From NCBI GenBank assembly GCA_965203315.1, contig OZ241857.1, forward strand, positions 160,001 through 224,000: a DNA stretch of 64,000 bases, in the 5' to 3' direction. This DNA is from Nitrosopumilus sp. Its GTDB lineage: Archaea; Thermoproteota; Nitrososphaeria; Nitrososphaerales; Nitrosopumilaceae. Shown one piece after another: positions 19,201-28,541 of the stretch (positions are counted from its first letter, which is position 1; the number at the start of each line of letters is the position of its first letter). The notes beneath the pieces are model-generated. The model was not told the DNA's origin, did not search any database, and saw only the letters and a list, made by a program, of their open reading frames with translations. The translations under genes and the position numbers were made by a program.

Positions 19201-19520
19201 ATCGTGATATCAAGAGTAAGAGTGCACATGTCAATATGCTTAAACACCAGTCTATCCATATCAAGAGGTTGGAAAAGATATACAAAGATACGTCTGATCC
19301 TATCGTTAAAAGACTATTATTGTTTATTGGACAACCAATGTTTACCAAACATCAACCATACAAGAGATTGATCGAGATCAATAGAAGAGTTGATCGTAAA
19401 AATCTCAGCGAGTCTGATATGATCGAAGAGTTGAAGAGTGTCTATGAAAAACACAAGCGAGTGAAATATACAAAACATGTATCTAAACCCAAGATACTGT
19501 ACAGTATGATGGTTGAGTAA
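16224..19520 (+). CDS. PLD-family nuclease fused to an SNF2-like (SF2) helicase
   Basis: SIAVGYF, LHAKAYLF (HxK) and GSSNFS PLD motifs; ADVVGTGKS Walker A, DESH Walker B, SATP, LSEGVNLQ, WNPVRLIQRVGRIDRIG. Confidence 0.92.
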   Translation: MTDNISDNIVIDNEEVSLLDHLNDLLPDATKVSIAVGYFFISGFAKIMDKLENIEKSSNPDHVMRLLISPVTSRKTAEALLSSNESYDIVSRRSDDSEDANKELAKQQLIKTLEYMPQRDEEQLAAKKLIDMIKLGKIQVKVYTKTQLHAKAYLFELDDKRMKKVSIIGSSNFSISGIKEHAELNFRTNESRDADALLVWFDRHWNDPSCQEFTGEMADIIERSWINQKHTPEDVYNKAVIHEHGELFDDTTYIDYSPVKLFDFQRTAVVDAIKKLENYGGVMIADVVGTGKSFVGSSILRYLVENNYSNPLIICPPHLIDMWKDYLNQFAINGHVVSRYKIGMKDDFLLRYINCDAILVDESHNFRNSNTNAYKALLAFMEEKTDEAMMIILSATPISNGITDLKNQLRLFPSEALSSIPLLQNMTLDRYFEGVEVDGQLTEEGAVKIQELLKYILIRRTRHQIIKKYGKYETRTHLDKKVKIPYIENNDQRNYFPLRQLKNPKEYDVDKVYNNSFESILRSIKSLKLARYAPGNYIKQEYLDPLHPEHDKYSDLASTTKPLVGIVKTTLLKRMESSIRAFTTSVIRTKNGYEEFKRQLDKGRVPIGKDFHDEIYKKTEYDDDDYDSEQELEFERKMDQIESIYDIKAFDVTSWKKDIDEDIDKLAIIKGRLVDIPKHTTVDDKLHKLVELVKGLGSEKILIFSESAVTVEYIAEYMKSVLPDHKIAHIDSKQNARIKNSTIKRFDPKNNNADIKPEDQIDILVSTDVLSEGVNLQIAKIVINYDFHWNPVRLIQRVGRIDRIGTEHTVVEIYNFLSTDKIDKELQLKEKVARKIKTIRDVIGHDQKILTETEEFDPEKASAIYTCDNEILDPESVGILDIIESKSEEDAENIKRDQNKLHHIENLPFGLRSTIGNKRLLVACEAEETITDQDDRIISRQTFRRHYEVTVDGVKSILLSKFLKDMGEYSGLVPKQQDTSYNSFVAKAWRVFNRDIKSKSAHVNMLKHQSIHIKRLEKIYKDTSDPIVKRLLLFIGQPMFTKHQPYKRLIEINRRVDRKNLSESDMIEELKSVYEKHKRVKYTKHVSKPKILYSMMVE

Positions 19521-19522
19521 CG

Positions 19523-22500
19523 ATGGCGTTTACAGAGAATCTAGAGTCAATTCAAAGAGAGTTAAAGTCTAATGGATTTGCTACAATGCGTGATCCATTT
19601 GATTTGAGTACATTAGCAAAAGAAGAGGCTGTAGTAGACTGTGAGATAATTGCCAACAAGTCATTTTACAACATCTTGTATATTGAGGTCGAGTCAAACT
19701 GGAAGGGAATAGCAACCGATGTTGCAAAGAATAGTCGTAATCCCTGCCTTGTTGTTACAAATTATAAACACACTCGGCTGATCTTGACTACTTTACGAGA
19801 TCACATCACAGAACGTACTCCTAGACATGTCGTTGTTGACTCTAAATCCAAGACTCACTCTTTTCAAAAATTCTGTAAACTGATCAAGGTAAAGCATGGA
19901 GACGAGATAGAAGATATTGACGCAAAGATCCAGTCTGCATTTGACGAGTATTCTGAATACGCAGAGGCGTTGCGAGAGTTTGCCAACAATCTCGACGTCA
20001 TCATTAAAAAGACAACTAGACTGATCGAGTCCAAGATATCTGGAAACAAGCGATACGAAAAAGAAGCTACCAAACTACTCACAGTCTGTCAAAAGATCCT
20101 AAATGATCAGATGACCATACATGATATCAAAAACATGCTGATCCAACATGTCTTGACATACAAGATCTTTGCTCTAGTGTATGATGAACAAGACTTTAAT
20201 CACAACAATACCGTTGCTAAATCTCTCGAAGTGTTAAAAGAGACACTCGAGCTAGGTGATGAAAAGATCGACTATGGGGCAATGGAGATCATATCTGAAT
20301 CTATCACAGATACAGATCAAAAGCAAGAGTTTCTCAAAAAGATATACGAGACATTCTATGAAAAACACGACGCTAAAAAAGCCGATAGAGATGGTATCGT
20401 ATATACTCCAACAGAGGTTGTAAAGTTTATCGTACTGTCTATAAATGAACTACTACGAGAAAACTTTGGTAAAGATATCTCTGATGACGACGTAATGATC
20501 CTGGACCCGTTTACTGGTACAGGAACATTTTTGGTACATTTACTACGAGAGATCGATCCAAAGAAATTGAAATCCAAATACTCTAAAGAGATCTTTGCAA
20601 ACGAGATATCTATACTTCCGTATTATATTGCGGCACTAAACATTGAAAACACATACACGGAACTTACTGGCAAGTACAAAGAGTTTGAGAACATCTGTTG
20701 GATGGATACCTTTGACAGTGGAATCAAAAAGTATGATGATATCGCTGAACATCTGGGTCTAGCAGATAACATCAAGCGTATTACAAAACAACAGAAATCA
20801 AAGATTCATGTTGTGTTGGGTAATCCACCTTATTCTGTTGGTCAGCGTAGCTCTGTTGATCAAAACCCAAATCAAAAATATCCTGTTCTGGACGAAAAAA
20901 TAAAAAACAGTTATTTAAAAAGAACTATAGTCCTAAACAAAGATATAAGTTCTACACGATCGTTATATGATTCTTATATTCGTTCACTGCGTTGGGCAAC
21001 CGACAGAATAGATGATTTAGGCATAATTGGATTCATCACAAATGCTAGTTTCTTACGATCACAAGCAGCTGCAGGCGTCCGCGCCTCTCTCCACGAAGAA
21101 TTCACAGACATTTACTGCTTTGACCTGCGTGGAAATCAACGAACGCAGGGAGAAATATCAAAGAAAGAAGGAGGAAAAATATTCGGTTCAGGCTCGCGCG
21201 CACCAGTCGCCATCACAATACTAGTCAAAAACCCAAACAAGAAAAAACACACCATACATTACAAAGATATCGGCGACTATCTATCCAGAGAAGAAAAACT
21301 AGACACAATATCAAAATACAAATCCATCCAACATATCAAAGACTGGGATACCATCACACCCGACAAGCACCACGACTGGGTTGGTCAACGCTCCGACGAG
21401 TTTGAACAGTACACAGCAATGGGCAACAAAGAGACCAAGGCTGGAAACAAATCTAACGCTATTTTCAAAATGTTTTCTATGGGTGTAAAAACAGCTCGTG
21501 ATATTTGGATGTATAACTCATCAAAAAACCTTTTAACAAAAAATATTAAAAAAACAATTGGTTATTGTAATGGTCATGATCTAAAAACTTCTATACATGA
21601 TCCTAAATATGTGAAATGGGATACAGATTTATCAAAAAAATTAAAAAAAACAAATATAAAATTTAACTCAAACCAAATTAGAATGGCTGTTTACAGACCA
21701 TTTTTTAAACAATATTTGTATTTTGATCAAAAGATTGTTAATCGCGTATTTAAAATTTCAAAAATTTTTCCTAACCATAACTCAAAAAATGTTGTCATAC
21801 TGGTGCCATATCATAATGGTGGGTTACCAACTGCATTCATATCAGACATTACCCCAGATTATAGTATAGTTCCTCCAAACCAATGCTTTTCATTATACAT
21901 GTACGAAAATGGGCAGAAAATAATCAATATCACGGATTATATCTTAAAACAATATCAAGATCACTATAACGACAAGACAATAACCAAAGAGGACATCTTT
22001 TACTATACGTATGGTGTGTTACACCATGAAAAATACAAAAAGAAATTTGCAAGCAACCTATCCAAAGAACTACCACGAATCCCAATGGCTCCTAACTTTC
22101 AAGCATTCACAACAGCAGGACGTAAACTAGCTGATCTACATCTAAACTACGAGACCTGTAAAAAGTACCCACTCAAACAAAAAGCAAAGTTTGGCAAGCT
22201 CGAAAAGATGATGTTCGTAAAAACCAAGAAAGATGGCAAACTTATTCAAGACAAAACTAGACTAAAAATAAATGGAATCGAGGTCTTTGATCTACCAGAA
22301 ATAAAATACACAGTAAACGGCAGAACTCCAATCGAATGGATAGTAGACCGATACAAGCGTACAGTAGACAAGGATAGTGGAATTGTAAACGACCCAACCA
22401 AAGGAATGACTGAAGAAAAGACAATAGAGATGATTCAGAGGCTAGTGCATGTGAGTGTTGAATCGGACAAGATTATACAAGAAATATCTGAAGAGCCGTT

Positions 22501-22564
22501 TGAACCAAAAGTATGGAAACCTGCGCCATCCGGCCTAGATCAATATGCCAAAGATTCGAGCTAG
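19523..22564 (+). CDS. Type ISP-like (LlaBIII/LlaGI-type) N6-adenine DNA methyltransferase with C-terminal target-recognition domain, lacking its own helicase
   Basis: GIVYTPTEVV, DPFTGTGTF (motif I), GNPPY (motif IV), YIRSLRWATDRI, DLRGNQRT..GE.SKKEGGKIFGSGSR, DIGDYLSREEKL, YRPF, ELPRIP, NGRTPIEWIVDRY..DKDSGIVNDP. Confidence 0.9.
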   Translation: MAFTENLESIQRELKSNGFATMRDPFDLSTLAKEEAVVDCEIIANKSFYNILYIEVESNWKGIATDVAKNSRNPCLVVTNYKHTRLILTTLRDHITERTPRHVVVDSKSKTHSFQKFCKLIKVKHGDEIEDIDAKIQSAFDEYSEYAEALREFANNLDVIIKKTTRLIESKISGNKRYEKEATKLLTVCQKILNDQMTIHDIKNMLIQHVLTYKIFALVYDEQDFNHNNTVAKSLEVLKETLELGDEKIDYGAMEIISESITDTDQKQEFLKKIYETFYEKHDAKKADRDGIVYTPTEVVKFIVLSINELLRENFGKDISDDDVMILDPFTGTGTFLVHLLREIDPKKLKSKYSKEIFANEISILPYYIAALNIENTYTELTGKYKEFENICWMDTFDSGIKKYDDIAEHLGLADNIKRITKQQKSKIHVVLGNPPYSVGQRSSVDQNPNQKYPVLDEKIKNSYLKRTIVLNKDISSTRSLYDSYIRSLRWATDRIDDLGIIGFITNASFLRSQAAAGVRASLHEEFTDIYCFDLRGNQRTQGEISKKEGGKIFGSGSRAPVAITILVKNPNKKKHTIHYKDIGDYLSREEKLDTISKYKSIQHIKDWDTITPDKHHDWVGQRSDEFEQYTAMGNKETKAGNKSNAIFKMFSMGVKTARDIWMYNSSKNLLTKNIKKTIGYCNGHDLKTSIHDPKYVKWDTDLSKKLKKTNIKFNSNQIRMAVYRPFFKQYLYFDQKIVNRVFKISKIFPNHNSKNVVILVPYHNGGLPTAFISDITPDYSIVPPNQCFSLYMYENGQKIINITDYILKQYQDHYNDKTITKEDIFYYTYGVLHHEKYKKKFASNLSKELPRIPMAPNFQAFTTAGRKLADLHLNYETCKKYPLKQKAKFGKLEKMMFVKTKKDGKLIQDKTRLKINGIEVFDLPEIKYTVNGRTPIEWIVDRYKRTVDKDSGIVNDPTKGMTEEKTIEMIQRLVHVSVESDKIIQEISEEPFEPKVWKPAPSGLDQYAKDSS

Positions 22565-22799
22565 TGCATGAACACCAATTTTGTTAACTAGTCGAATAGT
22601 TATTTTAGAGAAAATTTTACTAAAAATCTCTAACATTTTAGGATCTTTTCAGTTTGAGTGGTACGTTTCATAAGACTTTGTTCTGAAAATATCCAAGTCT
22701 CCGAGTTTTTTCTATAAACATTCAATCCTGCATAAATCGAAAATATTCATCATTCTGACCAATTGTGAATTTTAAATTGAACCGTTTAAAAGTATGTTT

Positions 22800-22876
22800 G
22801 GGATCGTAGTCTAGCTTGGTATGATTCTGCGTTCGGGACGCAGAGGTCGCGTGTTCAAGTCACGCCGTTCCCACCA
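22800..22876 (+). tRNA. tRNA-Pro(CGG)
   Basis: Cloverleaf GGGATCG...CTGCG TT CGG GA CGCAG...GTTCAAGT...CGTTCCC A CCA; TTTAAAA box upstream. Confidence 0.93.
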
Positions 22877-23116
22877 TATACTATCTGGTATTGTTGGTCA
22901 GATGTACCCTTTTGTATGATATATTTACATCAGACACACTTGATGATTGAATCTAGTAGTGGAATACATGGTCTCGTTTATTCGTTGTGAACTCAGACAT
23001 TTCTGTGTACATCATCATCTCATCACTCTAACTCTTCATCATCGTTCATAGATACGAGATCGACATAGTTTGAACCGAGTCTTGTTGTGATAGATATCTG
23101 CACTGTTATGAGTCTA

Positions 23117-23190
23117 TGGGATCGGCGTGACTTGAACACGCGACCTCTGCGTCCCAAACGCAGAATCATACCAAGCTAGACCACGATCCC
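23117..23190 (-). tRNA. tRNA-Pro(TGG)
   Basis: Minus-strand cloverleaf with CTGCG TT TGG GA CGCAG, a perfect acceptor stem and no encoded CCA. Confidence 0.95.
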
Positions 23191-23271
23191 ATGGGCACTC
23201 TCTAAACAGCTCAATTTAATCTAACAAAGCATGTTCCAAAGCATGATCCTGTCAACACTTTTATCAAAACC

Positions 23272-23526
23272 TTGTCTATCTTGTATGTATTGAAGTTTGA
23301 ACGACGTGAGATTGTTCTAATTGTTGGTCTGTTTCTGTTTATGATTGGTCTGCTCCCATTTATGGCGCCGTTCTATGCCGCAATCATCGTCGTTCTGATG
23401 TATGTGGGCATAAAGTTGTACATTGGACGTCAACAGCAAGCAATCAAGAATACCGTGGGCGATGCGATTTGTATGGAGTGTGGTGCCAGTATCACGAATC
23501 AACGTTGTCCCAACTGTGACAAATGA
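23272..23526 (+). CDS. Small membrane protein with C-terminal zinc ribbon
   Basis: Two hydrophobic helices followed by CMECG...CPNC. Confidence 0.75.
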   Translation: MSILYVLKFERREIVLIVGLFLFMIGLLPFMAPFYAAIIVVLMYVGIKLYIGRQQQAIKNTVGDAICMECGASITNQRCPNCDK

Positions 23527-23674
23527 GGTTACATCGCATCTTGAGAGTTCAAATGCCTACACAGTGATACTCTGATCATGCTGTCATACACGATCATACA
23601 GTATTCCATAATATTCTAGTCATATAATTTTACAATTAACTCAATATTTTTTAATAGTACATTAAAAAGCAACT

Positions 23675-26515
23675 TTGCTACAAAATCTTGTAATGGATAA
23701 ATTTGTAATGTTGTCTGTATTTGCGTTTGCAGTTGTCACTCCTGCATTTGCAGAGGCATATATTATGATCAACGAGGTTGAACTAAATCCCATTGGTGAT
23801 GATCGTCTATCTGCTACCGAATGGATAGAACTGTATAATCCTACTGACTCACCAGTCGATCTAACGGGTTGGGAGATTGCATCAACGACTCTATTCAAGA
23901 AGGTGTTGACCCTTCCTGGCGGAACAGTGATAGAGCCAGGCAGCCTAAAGATATACTCTCATGTGCCTTCTTGGTTTACAGACACTTTCGAGTCTGTAGA
24001 GTTGCGACACCCAAATGGGACAGTTATAGACAAGACTCCACTATTGACCGATGACGATGACGATGGTTCGTCATGGCAACGTATCTATGATGGACTAGAT
24101 ACCGATGACATCAGCGATTGGAAGTTTGCACCACACACACTCAATCGACAGAATGGCAAACAATTATCCACTCTCGATACAGAACCAGTTACTATATCGA
24201 TCTCTTCTGAACCATTGTACAAGTTTGGAGATACAGCATTGATTAGCGGATCTGTATCTGAGGAGATTATTGTACAAACACCTGTCTTCTATTCGGAGCC
24301 GATCTTGATCACGATCATTGGACCAAACTATCAAGATACTAGAACACTATATCCTTCACCGGATCTCACATACATTACAACATTCTCACTAAATCCCTCA
24401 CATGGATTAACTATTGGAAACTATACTGTATCTGCAGCATATGCTGGTGCAGTTAATGCTACCTCATTTGTATTGGAGCCTAAACGATCAGAGATGGAAA
24501 AAATCACCGATATCCTCACGATATCCACTGACAAGATACAATATGTACCAGGTGAGACGATACTCTTGAATGGAATCACAAACAAGTTGAAACTGTTTAC
24601 CGGTGTTACATTTACAATAACTGATCCTGATGGTGAACCTCTGAATAAAGGAATCATGTTCCCTCTTGACGGAGGTTTCTCAACTAATGTCTTGTTGCCT
24701 AAAACCGTTACCAACTTGGGTACATACACAATCGATGTTCAATATGCAGATCTCTCTGCTAACACCACATTTGTAGTCAGTACCACTCCACAATCTGACG
24801 AACAGATATCAACTTATAGACTCGTAACTAGTACAGATAAGAGAATGTACAATTATGGTGACATTATGACCGTCGCAGGTTCGATTACTGGTACTGACAA
24901 CTCTAGAATCCCATCTGGTTCTTCTATAGATATCACAATAACCAAGTCTGATGGTTCGAGGATACATTACAGAGGCCAATCAGGCGTACTCTCACCAATA
25001 GTTGACGTGTATGGAGCATATCGAACTCAACTAGAGATATCTGATAGTTTCTTTGATCTAGGTAATTATACCTTACAAGCAAGATACGAGAACACTAGTG
25101 CACTAGCTACGTTTACCGTATCGGACAAGGCTGTATCGAGTGGAATAGATCTAACTCTGGACAAAAATGTATACAGTCTAGGTGAACAGCTCGTACTAGA
25201 TGGTACGCTGTCGTCTAGTGCTAGTGCCCTTGTCATGATCATAATCACTAATCCTGATGGTTCTACATCGAGTCACACAGCTCCTGTCAACAACAATCAA
25301 TTTACATGGTCATGGATCACACCAGATCACGCTATCAATGCAGGCACATATACCATTACGGTATCTACAAACTCTTTTACAAAAAATATACAGTTCAAAC
25401 TCTCAACGGACACCAAAGATGTTCAGATATCACAAAAGCCACTATCGATATCGATCCCAAGAGATCTCTACAGTATAGGTGAGACAGTAGTTGTTACAGG
25501 TCATGTTAATATAGATGACATACCCAATCAGGGATTCAAAGCTCCTCATCCAGTTCGTGTCTCAATTCTAGGCGATGCACACAAAGGAATCCATGATGCA
25601 TTTGTACTCCCTGACGTACATGGCTCCTTTACTACATCGTTTGATCTGCTTCGACATATCAGCAACCCCGGAATATACACAGTTCAGGCCAAGTATCTCA
25701 CTCATACAGATACAGATACCTTTATGATCTTGGGTGATCCTACACTATACAGTGATATACGCGTCGGTCTCTCTCTCGACAAAACCGAGTACAATCCAGG
25801 CGATACACTAAAGATCACTGGTAAACCTATGCCTTTGGTGGATCTGCAGCAACTCAACATAACTCTTGTACAGCGATTACAAGATAGATCTGCATGTGAT
25901 CCCGACTGTGCAGCCCCGATCAACTCTACATCGACTGCTGTACTAGACTCGACTGCTGTACTTACACATACATTGCAGATTCCAGATGTACCATCATCTG
26001 TAGGTTCATACCAGATAACTGTGGAATCTGACTTTAGTTCTGATGTCATATACTTTGATGTCGTACCTGTTGTGGTTGTCTCTATACCTGTACCAAACAC
26101 AATCATCGAGAAAGATACAGATCTGACTGACACAACCCATCTCATCACACTAGCTCCAAAAGATGTAAACGGTACAACGTTCACTCCTCGTGCATTGATT
26201 GGGTCACTGTCTGCAGATAGTGTGGACGTCAATCTGACCGTCAAGACTCCCAACGGTATCTGTCTGATCGGCCAAGACGATCAATGCATGATCTCGGAAT
26301 CTACACGTAGTCTGGGACAAGTATATCAAACAGTCGACGTAAACGGTTTGATGCTTTATGTGCGGTATAGTGGTTCTGATGTATCATCTGAGCGATTTAC
26401 GGTTCTGCCTGATCCATCTAGTGACTCGGTACTTGATGGTGACTGGACGGTAGAGATAGACCAAGAGACACCGTTCACGTTCGATTACAAAGTTACATAC
26501 AGAGCACAAAAATAG
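23675..26515 (+). CDS. Secreted lamin-tail-domain protein with multiple Ig-like (MG2-type) repeats
   Basis: Signal peptide; INEVELNP...EWIELYNPT..VDLTGW lamin-tail motif; repeated TDKxxYxxGD/ExxxxxG modules. Confidence 0.85.
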   Translation: MLQNLVMDKFVMLSVFAFAVVTPAFAEAYIMINEVELNPIGDDRLSATEWIELYNPTDSPVDLTGWEIASTTLFKKVLTLPGGTVIEPGSLKIYSHVPSWFTDTFESVELRHPNGTVIDKTPLLTDDDDDGSSWQRIYDGLDTDDISDWKFAPHTLNRQNGKQLSTLDTEPVTISISSEPLYKFGDTALISGSVSEEIIVQTPVFYSEPILITIIGPNYQDTRTLYPSPDLTYITTFSLNPSHGLTIGNYTVSAAYAGAVNATSFVLEPKRSEMEKITDILTISTDKIQYVPGETILLNGITNKLKLFTGVTFTITDPDGEPLNKGIMFPLDGGFSTNVLLPKTVTNLGTYTIDVQYADLSANTTFVVSTTPQSDEQISTYRLVTSTDKRMYNYGDIMTVAGSITGTDNSRIPSGSSIDITITKSDGSRIHYRGQSGVLSPIVDVYGAYRTQLEISDSFFDLGNYTLQARYENTSALATFTVSDKAVSSGIDLTLDKNVYSLGEQLVLDGTLSSSASALVMIIITNPDGSTSSHTAPVNNNQFTWSWITPDHAINAGTYTITVSTNSFTKNIQFKLSTDTKDVQISQKPLSISIPRDLYSIGETVVVTGHVNIDDIPNQGFKAPHPVRVSILGDAHKGIHDAFVLPDVHGSFTTSFDLLRHISNPGIYTVQAKYLTHTDTDTFMILGDPTLYSDIRVGLSLDKTEYNPGDTLKITGKPMPLVDLQQLNITLVQRLQDRSACDPDCAAPINSTSTAVLDSTAVLTHTLQIPDVPSSVGSYQITVESDFSSDVIYFDVVPVVVVSIPVPNTIIEKDTDLTDTTHLITLAPKDVNGTTFTPRALIGSLSADSVDVNLTVKTPNGICLIGQDDQCMISESTRSLGQVYQTVDVNGLMLYVRYSGSDVSSERFTVLPDPSSDSVLDGDWTVEIDQETPFTFDYKVTYRAQK

Positions 26516-26536
26516 CCATCACACTTGTAACGCATA

Positions 26537-27022
26537 ATGAATCTCAAAGTGGTTATGCTACAACAAGATGATCCCAAAAGATGCACAGCTGCAAAACTGC
26601 TCAAGTTTGATATGGTACATAAAACTCGAAACATTGGCAGTAGAGACTTGGTGCTGGATCCCTTTGCAGATATAATGCTGACAAGGCAAGATCGAACAAA
26701 GACCAGATCCATAGTTGCAATAGACTGTTCATGGAATCTCAACTCTCGATCACTTCCAGGACATTTTGGTAAACTGTGTCGTAAACTTCCACCTCTCCTT
26801 GCAGGCAATCCCACAAATTATGCAAAGATCAATAAACTGAGTACTGTTGAGGCATTATCTGCCGCACTATTCCTTTTAGGGTTCGACGAACAAGCATTCG
26901 GACTGCTTGACAAGTTCAAATGGGGACATACTTTTTACGAGTTGAATCAATATCTCTTGAGAGACTATTCTGTGGCAGAGACTAGTTCTGATATCATGGC
27001 TATATGCGACAAGTATCTCTAG
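26537..27022 (+). CDS. tsr3: 16S rRNA aminocarboxypropyltransferase Tsr3 (DUF367)
   Basis: QDDPKRCTAAKL, IDCSW, RKLPPLLAGNPTNY, LSTVEAL, FKWGHTFYELN. Confidence 0.93.
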   Translation: MNLKVVMLQQDDPKRCTAAKLLKFDMVHKTRNIGSRDLVLDPFADIMLTRQDRTKTRSIVAIDCSWNLNSRSLPGHFGKLCRKLPPLLAGNPTNYAKINKLSTVEALSAALFLLGFDEQAFGLLDKFKWGHTFYELNQYLLRDYSVAETSSDIMAICDKYL

Positions 27023-27564
27023 TGTTCCTGATCCTTCTGTCTCTCTTCGTGGGTAGCATTCGAGTCATCTGTGGTCTCATCCTTTACTTGCATAGGACGT
27101 ACCGGTTGACTCTCGTAGGACTCTCTCTCTGCTTGCATAGGACGTACCGGCTGACTATAAACAACACCCACTTCTGCACTACTAAACTCTGGCTCTTGAG
27201 GTACAGAATCTCTGTCTACATTTGAAGCGACAACACCCACTTCTGCACTACTAAACTCTGGCTCTACAGATGGTCTCTGACCTAGTGGCTCTCCTTTACA
27301 GAGAACGCTTCCAGTAACTCTGCTCTGAAAGTTTGAACAGACAAAGCATTGAATGAACTGGATATCATCGTTTAAAACAGGACACTCTACATACTCTTGT
27401 TTCATTCGTTTGAGCATCTTTGGGCTTATCCCTTTGAGTTTTAGTTTGCCCTTTTCATCCATCATGCCTGATATTTTTAGTTCATCTTTGATGGCTTGCG
27501 GCAGTTTCTGTTTTATTTGAGTATGCTTTATTTCAATCTGATACTTGTGTTCCAACTCGTCCAT
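27019..27564 (-). CDS. Cys-containing hypothetical protein with a repetitive low-complexity C-terminal tail
   Basis: ECPV...CFVCSNFQSR...LCKGEPL core followed by EPEFSSAEVGVV twice and SQPVRPMQ twice. Confidence 0.75.
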   Translation of the reverse strand: MDELEHKYQIEIKHTQIKQKLPQAIKDELKISGMMDEKGKLKLKGISPKMLKRMKQEYVECPVLNDDIQFIQCFVCSNFQSRVTGSVLCKGEPLGQRPSVEPEFSSAEVGVVASNVDRDSVPQEPEFSSAEVGVVYSQPVRPMQAERESYESQPVRPMQVKDETTDDSNATHEERQKDQEH

Positions 27565-27862
27565 GCTAACCCCTCCCTAAATTCTATGATTTATTACTAT
27601 CTCGTTCTTTTTTACAGTTCCATATTTACCTTGCCAGAACATAATCATCTTTTCTGTGTCTCGACTCATCTCTAATGTATGCACTAGTAGTGTGATATAT
27701 CTACATATTATATTTGTACACCACAACGATCAGTAAATAGCGATATGGATATTGGACAGCTGCTCAAGATATACTTGATTGATTAATGGTGATCTGTGTT
27801 TTTTATCACCTAGTAGATTAAACTAATATATTTAGAATTTTTGTGTCAACGATAGAGTACAT

Positions 27863-28507
27863 TTGTTGATAATTTTTGATGTTGAAGGTGTCTTGTATGA
27901 CGAAGAGTACCTGCCAATTCTTGCCGAGAAAGTGAACAAAGATAGTGAGATTTGGAAGATTACAAAGCAAGGGATTCAAGGAGAGATCGACTGGGAAGAA
28001 GGACTTCGATCCAGGATCGAGATATTACGTGGTATCGATGAAGAGACATGTAGAAAAGTAGTTGACTCTCTCCCAATAATGACTGGCGCTAAAGTAGCAT
28101 GTCGTGCATTAAAGGCTGCTGGATGGAGACTTTTGGCAGTATCTGGTGGTTTTACATTGATGATGGATAGGTTAAAGGCCGAGCTAGATCTAGATTATGT
28201 ATACTCTAACGAGCTCGTATTCAAGGATGGCAAACTAGATGATGTGATAATAAATGTTGACTCTGATAAATCAAAGTCTGCCAAGATCAAGATTGCCGAA
28301 TGGGGAGAAAAGAGAGAAGATATAGTGTGTGTTGTTGACGGTGCAAACGACATAAAGCTATTCGAGATATGTGGACTAGGAATAGCATATAGAGCACAAG
28401 ACATAGTCAAAGATCTTGCAACCACCACTCTTGACATTAAAGACCTATCAGAGATCATAAATATCATCAACAATCACTTTAAACTAGATATCAGAGTTAC
28501 CTCATAA
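27863..28507 (+). CDS. serB: Phosphoserine phosphatase (HAD family)
   Basis: IFDVEGVL motif I variant, ITKQGIQGEIDWEEGL, VSGGF, DGAND, GIAYRA. Confidence 0.88.
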   Translation: MLIIFDVEGVLYDEEYLPILAEKVNKDSEIWKITKQGIQGEIDWEEGLRSRIEILRGIDEETCRKVVDSLPIMTGAKVACRALKAAGWRLLAVSGGFTLMMDRLKAELDLDYVYSNELVFKDGKLDDVIINVDSDKSKSAKIKIAEWGEKREDIVCVVDGANDIKLFEICGLGIAYRAQDIVKDLATTTLDIKDLSEIINIINNHFKLDIRVTS

Positions 28508-28541
28508 GATATTTTTAGATATCTAATTACATAAATTACAG

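Noticed and set aside
20820-22564. Diversity-generating retroelement target in the specificity domain
   Set aside because: No reverse transcriptase and no template/variable repeat pair in the window.
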